DNA of 64,000 nucleotides from Acutalibacteraceae bacterium (GCA_045541175.1 JAZQIP010000022.1:14129-78128); one strand, 5' to 3'. Positions 6,661-15,430 are shown, counted from the first letter of the stretch. A program made the numbers and translations. The notes: generated by a model from the letters alone, not told the origin.

Positions 6661-7787
6661 GTAACACATTATCTGTATACAGGCAACTTATAGGTACACC
6701 TTCGAATATGTTTGATGTATTAAAACATGAAATAGGGCTTAAAACCACTTGCGTTCCGTTTGCTGTTAAAGCACAAGAAGCCTTAAAAACCTTAGGCAGT
6801 CTCACAGAGTCGGAAGCGACAAATGCAGCCAATGTGTTTTTAAGTCATTTACAAGCGTTAAATCAGGGCGGAATTACCGCTGATGATTATGACAAGATAG
6901 ACTTTGTTAAACGAGGTAAAACGATAACCATATCTGCAAGGGTTGAGGCGTTTTACAGAGCGGCAGCACGCAAGGGCTACAGAATAACTGATAAAATTGT
7001 ACCTGTGCCGACAGAAGATGAGAACACCACATATTTCCGCGAGGAATACGCAAATGGTGATATCGTTTATGTATTAGAAGATAAGCGAAAAAATCCCGAC
7101 CGTACAGTAACTGCCGAGAGAATTGCAAAAGGATATTTTAAGAAATATATATGCAGGCTTACTGTAGTAGACATTAAGAATGGTACTCGCTTTATGAGCG
7201 AGTGTGAAATTTCTAACGATGAAATGCTTGATATAGCCAACACAAGCGAGCAGGGCATATATAAATCAAAATGGGTGGAATATACAAAGCAGAATGGTAA
7301 TATCGGAAAAAGGAAAGTATTAACAGAAGAACTAAATACCGATGGATTTTGGTATAAGTGGACGGGCGAAATGGCAAAGAAAACAATAATTCGCCGAGCT
7401 TTAAAGAGAGTTAAAGAGGTATTGCCCGAGCTTAAGGAAACAATCTATGCATTTGAAGAAGCGGATATTGAAGAGGCTATCATAGACAACAACCCGCCTA
7501 AAATAGATTTCGAGATACCTATGGAAACGGTTAATGTAGATATTTATAACCTTACAGCTGAGCAGAAAGCTGATGCTAACGAAACCATGGAATTGTTTAA
7601 GGCTAATCCAAAGCTTGCGACCGACAAAGCAAATGAGATTAAGGCTCTGCTTGAGGGAGATGCTGATATACAAGAGGTTATCAACACTCACTATGCAAGC
7701 ATTGTGTGTCTGCTTAAGGGCAAAACCACAGCAGCGATTATAGCACCGCTGTTCAGCGAGATGCTTAAAGGTGACAAAGATGAATAA
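6657..7787 (+). CDS. RecT-like single-strand annealing protein
   Basis: RKGYRITD...GYFKKYICRL...NDEMLDIA...WTGEMAKKTIIRRALKRV matches the RecT C-terminal pattern (M-x-x-K-T-x-I-R-R-L-x-K). Followed by a YqaJ-type exonuclease, as in RecET-like pairs. Confidence 0.65.
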   Translation: MSNTLSVYRQLIGTPSNMFDVLKHEIGLKTTCVPFAVKAQEALKTLGSLTESEATNAANVFLSHLQALNQGGITADDYDKIDFVKRGKTITISARVEAFYRAAARKGYRITDKIVPVPTEDENTTYFREEYANGDIVYVLEDKRKNPDRTVTAERIAKGYFKKYICRLTVVDIKNGTRFMSECEISNDEMLDIANTSEQGIYKSKWVEYTKQNGNIGKRKVLTEELNTDGFWYKWTGEMAKKTIIRRALKRVKEVLPELKETIYAFEEADIEEAIIDNNPPKIDFEIPMETVNVDIYNLTAEQKADANETMELFKANPKLATDKANEIKALLEGDADIQEVINTHYASIVCLLKGKTTAAIIAPLFSEMLKGDKDE

Positions 7788-8811
7788 AACCAAACTTAAA
7801 CAAGGTACTCTTGAATGGGAAAAGGCAAGACAGACAAGAATCGGCGGCAGCGAAGTGTTTGATATAGTACGTTACTATGCTACCGATGAAGAGTTGCAAA
7901 ACTGCGGTATAAATTCCGAAAGTTTTAAAGCTGAAAAGCCTTACACAACCACTTGGGCATTATACCATAAGCTTAAAAATGACGGAGTATACCAAAAAGA
8001 AGAACTGCCGCCTGAATTTGCGGAATACGGTCACGCAGTAGAACCCTATGGCTTATCAATATTACAGCATGAGCGAACAAAAAAACTTAAAGCAGGTGCG
8101 GTTTATGCATCGGACAGGCTCATAGCCAGTCTTGATATAAGCGGAATAAGCGAAGAGGCGGATGTTAGACCATTTAATTATGGCGGCGGTATTGTACCCA
8201 TAGGGAAAAAATTCGTATGTGAGCAAAAGACTATGATGCCGAGTGTTGTAAAGAAAGGCTTGCCATATAAATACATAGTGCAGGCACAATACCAATTATC
8301 TATGACAAAAGCGGACTTTTATATTCTTCAGATAATGGTTCTTGAAAATGACACAATATTTGAACGCGGCAAGATAACTCAAATGTCAAAAAAGAAGCGT
8401 GCCGAATATCTTAAGGACAAAATGAGCGTTAATATGCTTTATTTTGCCGACAACCCACATTTATCTGCTCTTATAAAGGTCTGTCTCGAACGCTTTTTTG
8501 CAGATGTAGACGATAATAAAGAACCTAAAGCATATATAGCACATGATACACAAAAAAACATTATCGAGAGTATAAGAATAAACACAGCTTACAACAAAAA
8601 TCTTACTCTTACTTACGATTTATCTGAATACGCAAAGGCAAAGGAAGAAGTAGATAAGGCAGATGGGTATCGCAAGGCGTGTTTACAGAAAATAATTGAG
8701 CAAGCCAAGGAATACAATGCAAGCCGGTTCAAGACAGAAGACGGAAGCATAACAGGAAGCTTTTCAGCGGCAGGTGCATTTCTTTTGAAAGAGAGGCAAA
8801 CAGATGGCTGA
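7771..8811 (+). CDS. YqaJ/lambda-Exo-like recombination exonuclease
   Basis: N-terminal GTLEWEKARQTRIGGSEVFDIV is the YqaJ-type motif. Its position directly after the annealase supports the call. Confidence 0.7.
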   Translation: MTKMNKTKLKQGTLEWEKARQTRIGGSEVFDIVRYYATDEELQNCGINSESFKAEKPYTTTWALYHKLKNDGVYQKEELPPEFAEYGHAVEPYGLSILQHERTKKLKAGAVYASDRLIASLDISGISEEADVRPFNYGGGIVPIGKKFVCEQKTMMPSVVKKGLPYKYIVQAQYQLSMTKADFYILQIMVLENDTIFERGKITQMSKKKRAEYLKDKMSVNMLYFADNPHLSALIKVCLERFFADVDDNKEPKAYIAHDTQKNIIESIRINTAYNKNLTLTYDLSEYAKAKEEVDKADGYRKACLQKIIEQAKEYNASRFKTEDGSITGSFSAAGAFLLKERQTDG

Positions 8812-10387
8812 AATTAAATTAAGACCTTATCAGGAAACCGCGGTACAAAATGCCGTTGAGATGCTTAAGGAACGTGGAAACTCCCTTATAGTAGCAGGAA
8901 CAGGGGCAGGCAAAACAATAATGATGGCGGCGGCAATAGGAAGATTTGCCAACGGTTTTTATGCAGAAAATAAAAGACGACCGCATGTGCTTGCATTAGT
9001 GCACCGTACCGAGATACATGGACAGAATAGAACTAAGTTTGAAAAGGTCTGTCCGGAGCTTGCAACGAGCGAAATAACTGCTACTCGAAAGAGCCTACAC
9101 GGTTATGTACATTTTGGAATGGTACAGACTGTAGTTAATTTACTTAATGATTTTGCCGCTGCCGGCAGTTACTTTGACCTTATAGTAATTGATGAGGCGC
9201 ACCACGCAAAAGCTAGCACCTACGAAGCTATTATTAATTGGAATAAGCAAGGAAATCCAAACGCCTGTTTGCTTGGTGTTACGGCAACACCGAACAGAGG
9301 CGATAAGTTACCTTTAATAGAATTGTTTGACAACTTTAATCAGATAACAACAAAATTTCTTATAGATAGCCACTATCTTGTAAGACCGAGGTTTGTAGAC
9401 CTTACTCCTACCTTTCAAACAGAAGAAGGCAAAGAAAAGGGACACCTTTCCAAAAATTGCAAGCTTAATGATATATTCGGACGTGAGCTTATACAAAAAC
9501 TATGTGAGGAATACCTAAGGCTTAAGGAAGATGGCAAAACAGTTATATTTGCACCGTCGCACGAATACTGCATTTTCATATACGACACGCTTAAGGGGCT
9601 CGGCAGAAAACCCGCATATCTTTCGTTAGGGCTTGATGAAGTTACACGCAAGGATGAGCTCGAACGATTTGAAGAGGGCGATTGTGACGAGCTTATAAAT
9701 GTTGACATCTGTACCGAAGGGTATGATTTCCCCGAACTTCGCAACATTGTTGATTTTGATACTAACGGTACTCATGGCCAATGGGTGCAGAAGGTTGGCA
9801 GAGTGCTTAGAACCGCACCAAACAAAACTAGCTGTACAGTTATAGATTTCGGCGGTAATATTGAGCTTTATCCCGAGGGTGTGGAAACCGATGTTAATTT
9901 AAACGGAGTTGTTAAAAAGCCAAAGGGTGAATACTTAACCAGCGAAGAACTTTTTAAACCTAAAAATTCCAAAGAAAATATAACAAAGGATTATACCACT
10001 GCCTCCGAGCAAAGCTATACACCTTATAATCCGCCTTTCGGATTTGAAACCGTATTAGATAAGGATTATGGTATCGTGCTTGTAGCCTGCGGCAAAAACA
10101 AAGATTTTATACTGATAACGGAAGAAAAATGCTGTGCGGCCTATTTTGGTGATAAATTAAGCATCAAAAAGCAAGCAAGCGGTGATTTTGATACTCTTGT
10201 TAAAAGCGGTATAGAGTGGATAGGTGAGGTTGAAAAGCCCGACAGACCTATAAGCCGACTGCAAATAGAGTTATTAGCACCCGAATATGCTACCACTGCT
10301 ATGGATTGGTATGGAGCGAACTGTTGTATATGTTGGAAGACATGGAAGGGAGAGATTATCACGTATGCCAAGCGAACTAAATTTTGA
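8804..10387 (+). CDS. SF2 DEAD/DEAH-box helicase
   Basis: LRPYQETAV, Walker A AGTGAGKT, DEAH box VIDEAHHA, motif III VTATPNR, and a C-terminal helicase lobe (VIFAPSHEY...TEGYDFP...QKVGRVLR). Confidence 0.85.
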   Translation: MAEIKLRPYQETAVQNAVEMLKERGNSLIVAGTGAGKTIMMAAAIGRFANGFYAENKRRPHVLALVHRTEIHGQNRTKFEKVCPELATSEITATRKSLHGYVHFGMVQTVVNLLNDFAAAGSYFDLIVIDEAHHAKASTYEAIINWNKQGNPNACLLGVTATPNRGDKLPLIELFDNFNQITTKFLIDSHYLVRPRFVDLTPTFQTEEGKEKGHLSKNCKLNDIFGRELIQKLCEEYLRLKEDGKTVIFAPSHEYCIFIYDTLKGLGRKPAYLSLGLDEVTRKDELERFEEGDCDELINVDICTEGYDFPELRNIVDFDTNGTHGQWVQKVGRVLRTAPNKTSCTVIDFGGNIELYPEGVETDVNLNGVVKKPKGEYLTSEELFKPKNSKENITKDYTTASEQSYTPYNPPFGFETVLDKDYGIVLVACGKNKDFILITEEKCCAAYFGDKLSIKKQASGDFDTLVKSGIEWIGEVEKPDRPISRLQIELLAPEYATTAMDWYGANCCICWKTWKGEIITYAKRTKF

Positions 10388-10892
10388 TTTCAGGTCAATA
10401 TCATCTTTTAACTTTCACATGCCGACACTTCTTAACTTTATATCTCAGCTCAAAGAGGGAGAATATACACTCGAAATCAAGAAAAAGAAAAAGCGTAGGA
10501 GTTTGAATGCTAATGCGTATCTTTGGGAAATGTGTAGTCAACTTGCCGAGGAATTAAGCAAAGACGGAAAGATTTTTACTAAAGAAGATATATACCGCAA
10601 AGCAATAAAGGATTGCGGTATATACAAAGATTTCTCAGGACTTACCTCTAAGGATGCAGAAACCTTAAGACACGCTTGGGAAATGCTAGGTACAGGATGG
10701 ATAACCGAGCAGGTCGATTATATGTCTGATGGTGAAAATGTAATTATTCGCTGTTACTACGGTAGTAGCCAGTATAATACAAAGCAGATGTCGAGGATAA
10801 TCAACCATATTGTTGAAGATTGCAAGGCGGTAGGGATAGAAACTATGTCCGAACAAGAAAGGAGCCTGCTTTTAGAACAATGGGGAAATTGA
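10365..10892 (+). CDS. NinB/Orf-like recombination mediator
   Basis: KKKRRSLNANAYLWEMCSQLAEE parallels lambda NinB ERNRSLDQNRKLWACLGDVS as remembered. Later GSSQYNTKQMSRIINHIVEDCKAVGIE parallels QSTSRMRVGEFAELLELIQAFG. The start was chosen at MPSELNF. Confidence 0.55.
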   Translation: MPSELNFDFRSISSFNFHMPTLLNFISQLKEGEYTLEIKKKKKRRSLNANAYLWEMCSQLAEELSKDGKIFTKEDIYRKAIKDCGIYKDFSGLTSKDAETLRHAWEMLGTGWITEQVDYMSDGENVIIRCYYGSSQYNTKQMSRIINHIVEDCKAVGIETMSEQERSLLLEQWGN

Positions 10893-11173
10893 AAGAATTT
10901 TGCATTATGCCTGAAAGCGAGTTTTATTCTACCGAACGACGAGACGGTTTACATAGGCACGAAGTATTCTATGGTGCAAACAGGCAGAAGTCTATACAGT
11001 ATGGACTTATCGTATTCCTTACACCCGAAATGCATAATATGAGTAATTATGGAGTGCATTTTAATACAGAATTTAATACTATGCTTAGGCAGATAGGTCA
11101 AAAGGCAGCAATGGAATATTACGGTTGGAATATAGACCAATTCCGCGATATATTCGGCACAAATTACTTATAA
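10880..11173 (+). CDS. Conserved phage protein with a His-rich motif (function unknown, nuclease-like)
   Basis: ATG overlaps the upstream stop (ATGGGGAAATTGA). LHRHEVFYGANRQKSIQYGLIVFLTPEMHNMSNYGVHFN...FGTNYL is a pattern frequent next to recombination genes in Firmicutes phages. Confidence 0.5.
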   Translation: MGKLKEFCIMPESEFYSTERRDGLHRHEVFYGANRQKSIQYGLIVFLTPEMHNMSNYGVHFNTEFNTMLRQIGQKAAMEYYGWNIDQFRDIFGTNYL

Positions 11174-11184
11174 GGAGAGATGAT

Positions 11185-11631
11185 ATGTTTAATTTAGTTG
11201 TACTTACAGGAAGATTAACATCTAATCCGGAATTAAAAACCACGCCAAGCGGAATCTCTGTGACCACTTTTTCTTTAGCAGTAGACAGACCATATAGAAA
11301 AGATAAAGAGCAAGAAGCGGATTTTATAAACATAATTGCTTGGAGACAAACTGCTGAGTTTATAACTCGATATTTCACAAAAGGCAGCCTTATTGGTATC
11401 GAGGGTTCAATACAAACTCGCAGATACCAGGACAAAAACAACAATAATCGCACCGCGTTTGAGGTAGTAGCAAATAAAGCTCAGTTTGTGATGCCAAAAT
11501 CTGCCTCAGAAAAAGCTTTTAACGAAGAGGAGAACAATTCCTCTTTCGCTGAAGAAACGCCTTGCGGAGGCAATACAGAAGATTTTGAAGATATAGGCGA
11601 TATGTCATCAGATGATGATTTACCGTTTTGA
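11185..11631 (+). CDS. ssb: Single-stranded DNA-binding protein
   Basis: MFNLVVLTGRLTSNPELKTTPSGISVTTFSLAVDRPY...INIIAWRQTAEF...GSLIGIEGSIQTRRY and the acidic tail DDDLPF. Confidence 0.92.
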   Translation: MFNLVVLTGRLTSNPELKTTPSGISVTTFSLAVDRPYRKDKEQEADFINIIAWRQTAEFITRYFTKGSLIGIEGSIQTRRYQDKNNNNRTAFEVVANKAQFVMPKSASEKAFNEEENNSSFAEETPCGGNTEDFEDIGDMSSDDDLPF

Positions 11632-11639
11632 GGTGAAAG

Positions 11640-12164
11640 ATGGACAAGGGATATGTTTTTGCATATCGCGAGCTGATGAACAATCCTATTTTTGAAGACC
11701 CTTGGTTATTAAAGATTTGGCTTTGGTGTTTATTCAAAGCCTGCTATATGCCTCAAAAGGTTATCCAAGGAAACAGTGTAACTAATTTAGAAAGAGGAGA
11801 GTTTTTATTTGGTAGAGAAAAGGCCGCCAAAGAGTTGAGTTCTGATAAATATAAAATAAATTCGTCTACTTTATATAGAAAAATGAAACTCTTAGAAAAA
11901 ATGGGTAGTATATCGCTAAATGCGAACAGCCTTGGAACGGTTGTAACTATAGTAAATTACGACAATTATCAGCCTTTCATCGCCGATGATGAACAGCAAG
12001 TGAACAGCGAGCGAACAGCAAGTGAACACTTAATAAAAAATAAAAAATATAAAAAAAATAACCCCCTATTATCCCCCTTAAAAAAAGGGGGAAGAAAAAA
12101 GCGTAATGATTCTGCAACTTTTGACTTGGGGCTATACGAAGAAATGTTAAATAGCGATGATTGA
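11640..12164 (+). CDS. Replication organizer/initiator-type winged-helix protein
   Basis: N-terminal YVFAYRELMNNPIFEDPWLLKIWLWCLFKA...LERGEFLFGREKAAKEL...STLYRKMKLLEKMG is typical of phage replisome-organizer N-terminal wHTH domains. It contains an origin-like iteron/AT tract. Confidence 0.55.
   Translation: MDKGYVFAYRELMNNPIFEDPWLLKIWLWCLFKACYMPQKVIQGNSVTNLERGEFLFGREKAAKELSSDKYKINSSTLYRKMKLLEKMGSISLNANSLGTVVTIVNYDNYQPFIADDEQQVNSERTASEHLIKNKKYKKNNPLLSPLKKGGRKKRNDSATFDLGLYEEMLNSDD
11991..12061 (+). repeat. Origin-like structure: four 11-bp-phased GAACA(G) iterons followed by a 30-bp A/T-only tract
   Basis: GAACAGCAAGT GAACAGCGAGC GAACAGCAAGT GAACACTTAAT start at 11991, 12002, 12013 and 12024. 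The 16-mer GAACAGCAAGTGAACA is exactly duplicated at 11991 and 12013. Then TAATAAAAAATAAAAAATATAAAAAAAATAA (12031-12061), followed by CCCCC...CCCCC...GGGGG. Confidence 0.45.
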
Positions 12165-12186
12165 ACGGAAGGTGTAGGTTGAAGGA

Positions 12187-12525
12187 ATGAAATACATAAT
12201 ACCGGGAATACCGCCGAGCAACAATAAGTTTATCGGCAGAAATATGCGGTGGGAGTATCAAGCAACAAAGCAAGAATGGATGAACTTGGTTGCGCTATAT
12301 TGCAGGCCAAGACCTATCAACCCATTAAAGGGTGTTAGGGTGAAGATTACATATTTTTTCACCGATAACAGGCGGCGCGACCCTGATAATTATTCGGGCA
12401 AATTCATTCTTGACGGTTTAACAAAGAGCGGAATTATCTCGGACGATAATTTTCAAAACATTAAGCTTGAACTCGCTGCGAAATTTAAACAGTCCGAAAC
12501 GAAAACGGAGATTGAGATACTATGA
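12187..12525 (+). CDS. rusA: RusA-family Holliday junction resolvase
   Basis: IPGIPPSNNKF...RRRDPDNYSGKFILDGLTKSGIISDDN matches the RusA D-x-D-N/...DD catalytic pattern and size (112 aa). Confidence 0.8.
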   Translation: MKYIIPGIPPSNNKFIGRNMRWEYQATKQEWMNLVALYCRPRPINPLKGVRVKITYFFTDNRRRDPDNYSGKFILDGLTKSGIISDDNFQNIKLELAAKFKQSETKTEIEIL

Positions 12526-12836
12526 AAAACAAATGTAAAATCTGTGGGAAACTTTGCAGGATTAAATACTGCGCAGATTGTAGAGAAGAGCAATATAAGA
12601 AACTGCGAGACGGATATGCAAAGCTTGGACCTGAAAGGAAGAAATTGCGAGAGCCGACAAATGAAAAGTTTTATGTGTTCTACGATAAAAATGATTTTGT
12701 TCGGTATTTTGGAACAGCGAAACAGTTAGTCGGTGACGGTATTTCCCCGACTATAAAAGCAGTACATGTATTAGCAAGCAAGATTAATGCAGGTAAGATA
12801 AATGGTAAAGTACTGATTTTGAGATGTGAGGGATGA
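12522..12836 (+). CDS. Zinc-ribbon hypothetical protein
   Basis: CKICGKLC...YCADC at the N-terminus. Translationally coupled (ATGA) to rusA. Confidence 0.55.
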   Translation: MKNKCKICGKLCRIKYCADCREEQYKKLRDGYAKLGPERKKLREPTNEKFYVFYDKNDFVRYFGTAKQLVGDGISPTIKAVHVLASKINAGKINGKVLILRCEG

Positions 12837-12837
12837 A

Positions 12838-13461
12838 ATGAAATCAGTTTTAATAAGCATACAGCCGAAATGGTGTGAACTTATTGCAAACGGTAAAAAG
12901 ACCATTGAGGTTAGAAAGACACAACCGAAACTTGAAACACCGTTTAAGGTTTATATCTATTGTACGAAAAACAAAAGGCAATGGTTAAGGAAAATAAATA
13001 ATTTTGTTAGAGAAATATTCTTAACCGAAAATAAAGATATTATTGGAAGAACTGATAAGGTTAAATCTCTTATAGGTGATTGTACTACTTTTGTTGAAAA
13101 TGGTGGTTATAATGGCAAGGTCATAGGCGAATTTGTGTGTGACAAAATACAAGTAGATAGACCCAAAAGCCTTTATGCAAGCCACAAAACAGTAGTTAAT
13201 TCTTGCGTTCCTATTCAAGAACTTATTGATTATGTAGGTGAAAAAGATTTTTTATATTTTTGGCACATATCAAAACTTGTAATCTATGACAAGCCGAGAG
13301 AGTTGGGAGAGTTTTATGTTTCTGTTAAGGACCATTGGGAAACATATGACCCAAACAAATATATTAATGGTTGTTGGCAAAAACCATTAACAAGACCGCC
13401 GCAAAGTTGGTGTTATGTTGAAGAACTAACACAGGCATTAAAGGAGTGTGAGGGGAAATGA
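12838..13461 (+). CDS. ASCH/PUA-like domain protein
   Basis: MKSVLISIQPKWCELIANGKKTIEVRKT resembles the ASCH N-terminal strand-helix motif. The start was chosen at the ATG after GAGGGA. Confidence 0.55.
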   Translation: MKSVLISIQPKWCELIANGKKTIEVRKTQPKLETPFKVYIYCTKNKRQWLRKINNFVREIFLTENKDIIGRTDKVKSLIGDCTTFVENGGYNGKVIGEFVCDKIQVDRPKSLYASHKTVVNSCVPIQELIDYVGEKDFLYFWHISKLVIYDKPRELGEFYVSVKDHWETYDPNKYINGCWQKPLTRPPQSWCYVEELTQALKECEGK

Positions 13462-13601
13462 AAGAACTGTTTATATTGTCAGCAATAATTGCAGTAATAA
13501 TTGTAGCTTTACCCTTTGTGCTATTAATTCTTTCAGCCATAATCCAATTAATCTATGGCTTGTGGATAGATGCTTGGAAAGTTTTAGCTACAGTTTGGTA
13601 A
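13458..13601 (+). CDS. Small hydrophobic protein (47 aa)
   Basis: ATGA-coupled start. MKELFILSAIIAVIIVALPFVLLILSAIIQLIYGLWIDAWKVLATVW. Confidence 0.4.
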   Translation: MKELFILSAIIAVIIVALPFVLLILSAIIQLIYGLWIDAWKVLATVW

Positions 13602-13610
13602 AAAAGGAAA

Positions 13611-13874
13611 ATGAGTGAAATGAAAAAAGTTTTAATAAAATTTCTGTTTGGACTGTTTATATTATTTTTTAGCTTTATATTCATAGTGGCAATAAATTTA
13701 GGAATCGTATCATTTTTCTATACAGATACATTGACAGGTAAAATTATAGGGTTGTTATTATTTGTAGGGACATTTTGGGGTGTATGTTGGTTAGGTGAAA
13801 TTGTTCTTGATAGTGTGGAATTAACAACAACCAAAGGCGGTGACAACAATGCCCGACAGAAAACTAACCGATAA
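13611..13874 (+). CDS. Membrane protein (2 TM)
   Basis: KFLFGLFILFFSFIFIVAINLGIVSFFY and IIGLLLFVGTFWGVCWLGEIVL hydrophobic helices. Confidence 0.55.
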   Translation: MSEMKKVLIKFLFGLFILFFSFIFIVAINLGIVSFFYTDTLTGKIIGLLLFVGTFWGVCWLGEIVLDSVELTTTKGGDNNARQKTNR

Positions 13875-14064
13875 CGAGATTATAAAGGCTTTGGAGTGTT
13901 GTTCAAAAGGGGTAAACCGACAAGTATGTGAACAATGTGCTTTTAGAAATTAGGATAATAGAATCAATATAAATTGCTTTAACCTTGAAAAATATGCTCT
14001 TGACCTAATCAACCGCCTACAGGCAAAAATTAAAAAGTTACAAAAAGAATTGGAGGGAAAATAA
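13849..14064 (+). pseudogene. Small Cys-rich/coiled-coil phage gene interrupted by an in-frame TAG at 13951-13953
   Basis: MPDRKLTDNEIIKALECCSKGVNRQVCEQCAFRN-TAG-DNRININCFNLEKYALDLINRLQAKIKKLQKELEGK-TAA. Both halves are in the same frame, and together they resemble one conserved small phage protein (DNEIIKALECC...C..C...ALDLINR...). Confidence 0.5.
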
Positions 14065-14065
14065 T

Positions 14066-14209
14066 ATGCAGATTAAATTGGCAGAACTGATGTTGAAATA
14101 TATAACAAAGGTTATTAACAAATATAAAGATGAAGGTTTAGGTCTTGTAAAGTCTTCAAAGCTTTCTGGCGAGCTTTCTTATAAATTAGAGTGGCACGAT
14201 TGTAATTGA
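14066..14209 (+). CDS. Small hypothetical protein (47 aa)
   Basis: The ATG lies 1 nt after the upstream stop. MQIKLAELMLKYITKVINKYKDEGLGLVKSSKLSGELSYKLEWHDCN. Support is weak, from packing only. Confidence 0.3.
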   Translation: MQIKLAELMLKYITKVINKYKDEGLGLVKSSKLSGELSYKLEWHDCN

Positions 14210-14226
14210 TAAAATAGAAAAGGAGT

Positions 14227-14400
14227 ATGGAAATAATGGAACTTGATAAATATAAAGTTTTGATAGATGAAACCACCATAGCAGAGAACATGGGGATTGA
14301 AACGGCTTTGATTTTAGTTAAAGCATTATTTGAAGAATATTATAATGACTATTCAATGAAAGTAATCATTATGAAAATGGAAAAACAGGAGGAAAAATAA
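14227..14400 (+). CDS. Small hypothetical protein (57 aa)
   Basis: RBS AAAGGAG precedes the ATG. MEIMELDKYKVLIDETTIAENMGIETALILVKALFEEYYNDYS.... It ends 1 nt before the next ATG. Confidence 0.35.
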   Translation: MEIMELDKYKVLIDETTIAENMGIETALILVKALFEEYYNDYSMKVIIMKMEKQEEK

Positions 14401-14401
14401 T

Positions 14402-14761
14402 ATGTCAAGTACACCTTGGGGAAATGAAACCGAAAGAGCAGAACATTATAAAAATGAATATAAGACTCAACTTGCTATATGCAAAAGGCTCGAAGCAGAG
14501 AATGATAGGTTGAAAGAAGAAGTTGCTAATATGGATAAGGCATATTTCGATGTTCGCACTCGACTTGAAACCGCCAAAGCCGAAGCATACAAAGAGTGTA
14601 TTGAAAAGGCAAAGAGTGAAATTGACAGTCAATCACATAGCCGAAGTTTAGAAGCAAGTGGGGAACGATTTAGAATTCATAAAATTCTTGACAACCTTTT
14701 AAAAGAAATGGTGGGTGAGGATAATGCCGAAATGCAGGCACTACAAGAAAATGAAAAATAA
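14402..14761 (+). CDS. Coiled-coil hypothetical protein
   Basis: 119 aa with heptad-rich sequence (CKRLEAENDRLKEEVANMDKAYFDVRTRLETAKAEAYKE). Confidence 0.55.
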   Translation: MSSTPWGNETERAEHYKNEYKTQLAICKRLEAENDRLKEEVANMDKAYFDVRTRLETAKAEAYKECIEKAKSEIDSQSHSRSLEASGERFRIHKILDNLLKEMVGEDNAEMQALQENEK

Positions 14762-14885
14762 AAATTATAATCGTTGTCTTAGGGATAATTCAATACGCAC
14801 TTGCGACGGATTATATTGTCCGTTCAGGCAAAGTTGGTACGAAAGATTTATTAAATGGCTGAGAGGTGTGTTTTATGGCGAATGA
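14724..14885 (+). CDS. Small Cys-rich protein (53 aa), overlapping both neighbours
   Basis: MPKCRHYKKMKNKNYNRCLRDNSIRTCDGLYCPFRQSWYERFIKWLRGVFYGE. It fills the otherwise non-coding stretch 14762-14865. Low confidence. Confidence 0.3.
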   Translation: MPKCRHYKKMKNKNYNRCLRDNSIRTCDGLYCPFRQSWYERFIKWLRGVFYGE

Positions 14886-15069
14886 CCGCAAGCCCCAAAA
14901 TGAGCCGAAGAAAGACAAGCCTTTTCATCGGGTAAATCCTGAATCGGTTGGTATTGTGAAAATGACAGCTATTATCGAAGATTACAACAAAGCTCATGGG
15001 ACTAGCTATACATACGGAAAATTTGTTGCCCTAGTAGATAGTGGGAAAATTAAGATTGAGAGGTGCTAA
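14875..15069 (+). CDS. Hypothetical protein
   Basis: The ATG at 14875 lies 6 nt after GAGAGGTG. MANDRKPQNEPKKDKPFHRVNPESVGIVKMTAIIEDYNKAHGTSYTYGKFVALVDSGKIKIERC. Confidence 0.5.
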   Translation: MANDRKPQNEPKKDKPFHRVNPESVGIVKMTAIIEDYNKAHGTSYTYGKFVALVDSGKIKIERC

Positions 15070-15332
15070 GATTGACTGTAAAAGACCTGGAAAAGTATCA
15101 GGATTATATTAAAGCAAAGAAAACAGCAGAACGTAAAGCTCGAATAGAGCTTAGAAAACTTAGTTCTTTTATTGCGAATTGCCAGGATAATGTTGTAAGA
15201 CAGATAATTATAAGCCGTTACATAGATGGTCTCAGTTGGACTGCAACCGCAATAAGGGCTGGTGGGAACAACACACCTGATACATGTAGAATGATGTTAA
15301 AAAGATATTTAACAAAACTTAATAAGAAATAG
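15063..15332 (+). CDS. Sigma-70 region-4-like / ArpU-RinA-type late transcription regulator (candidate)
   Basis: VVRQIIISRYIDGLSWTATAIRAGGNNTPDTCRMMLKRYL looks like a region-4 HTH. It is the last gene before the first late cassette. An alternative TTG start lies at 15072. Confidence 0.55.
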   Translation: MLRLTVKDLEKYQDYIKAKKTAERKARIELRKLSSFIANCQDNVVRQIIISRYIDGLSWTATAIRAGGNNTPDTCRMMLKRYLTKLNKK

Positions 15333-15337
15333 CTCTG

Positions 15338-15366
15338 AGCGCTCGTTTTGAGCGCTTTTTTCTTTT
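15338..15366 (+). terminator. Intrinsic terminator
   Basis: AGCGCTC (15338-15344), loop GTTTT, GAGCGCT (15350-15356), followed by a T-run. Confidence 0.8.
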
Positions 15367-15373
15367 TGAAAAG

Positions 15374-15407
15374 TTGTTCGTTTTTTGAAGGTAGAAAGGT
15401 TTATAAT
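15374..15407 (+). promoter_or_regulatory. Late promoter copy 1: TTGTTCGTTTT, 17 nt, TATAAT
   Basis: TTGTTCGTTTT at 15374-15384 and TATAAT at 15402-15407. The same motif with the same spacing occurs at 19405 and 23337. Confidence 0.55.
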
Positions 15408-15430
15408 TTAAAAAACAAGGAGGTGAGGTT

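Noticed and set aside
13951-13953. Phage-wide TAG stop-codon reassignment
   Set aside because: All long phage ORFs (terminase, portal, the 2457-aa gene and others) are intact under the standard code. This is the only in-frame TAG I found that joins two coding-looking halves.
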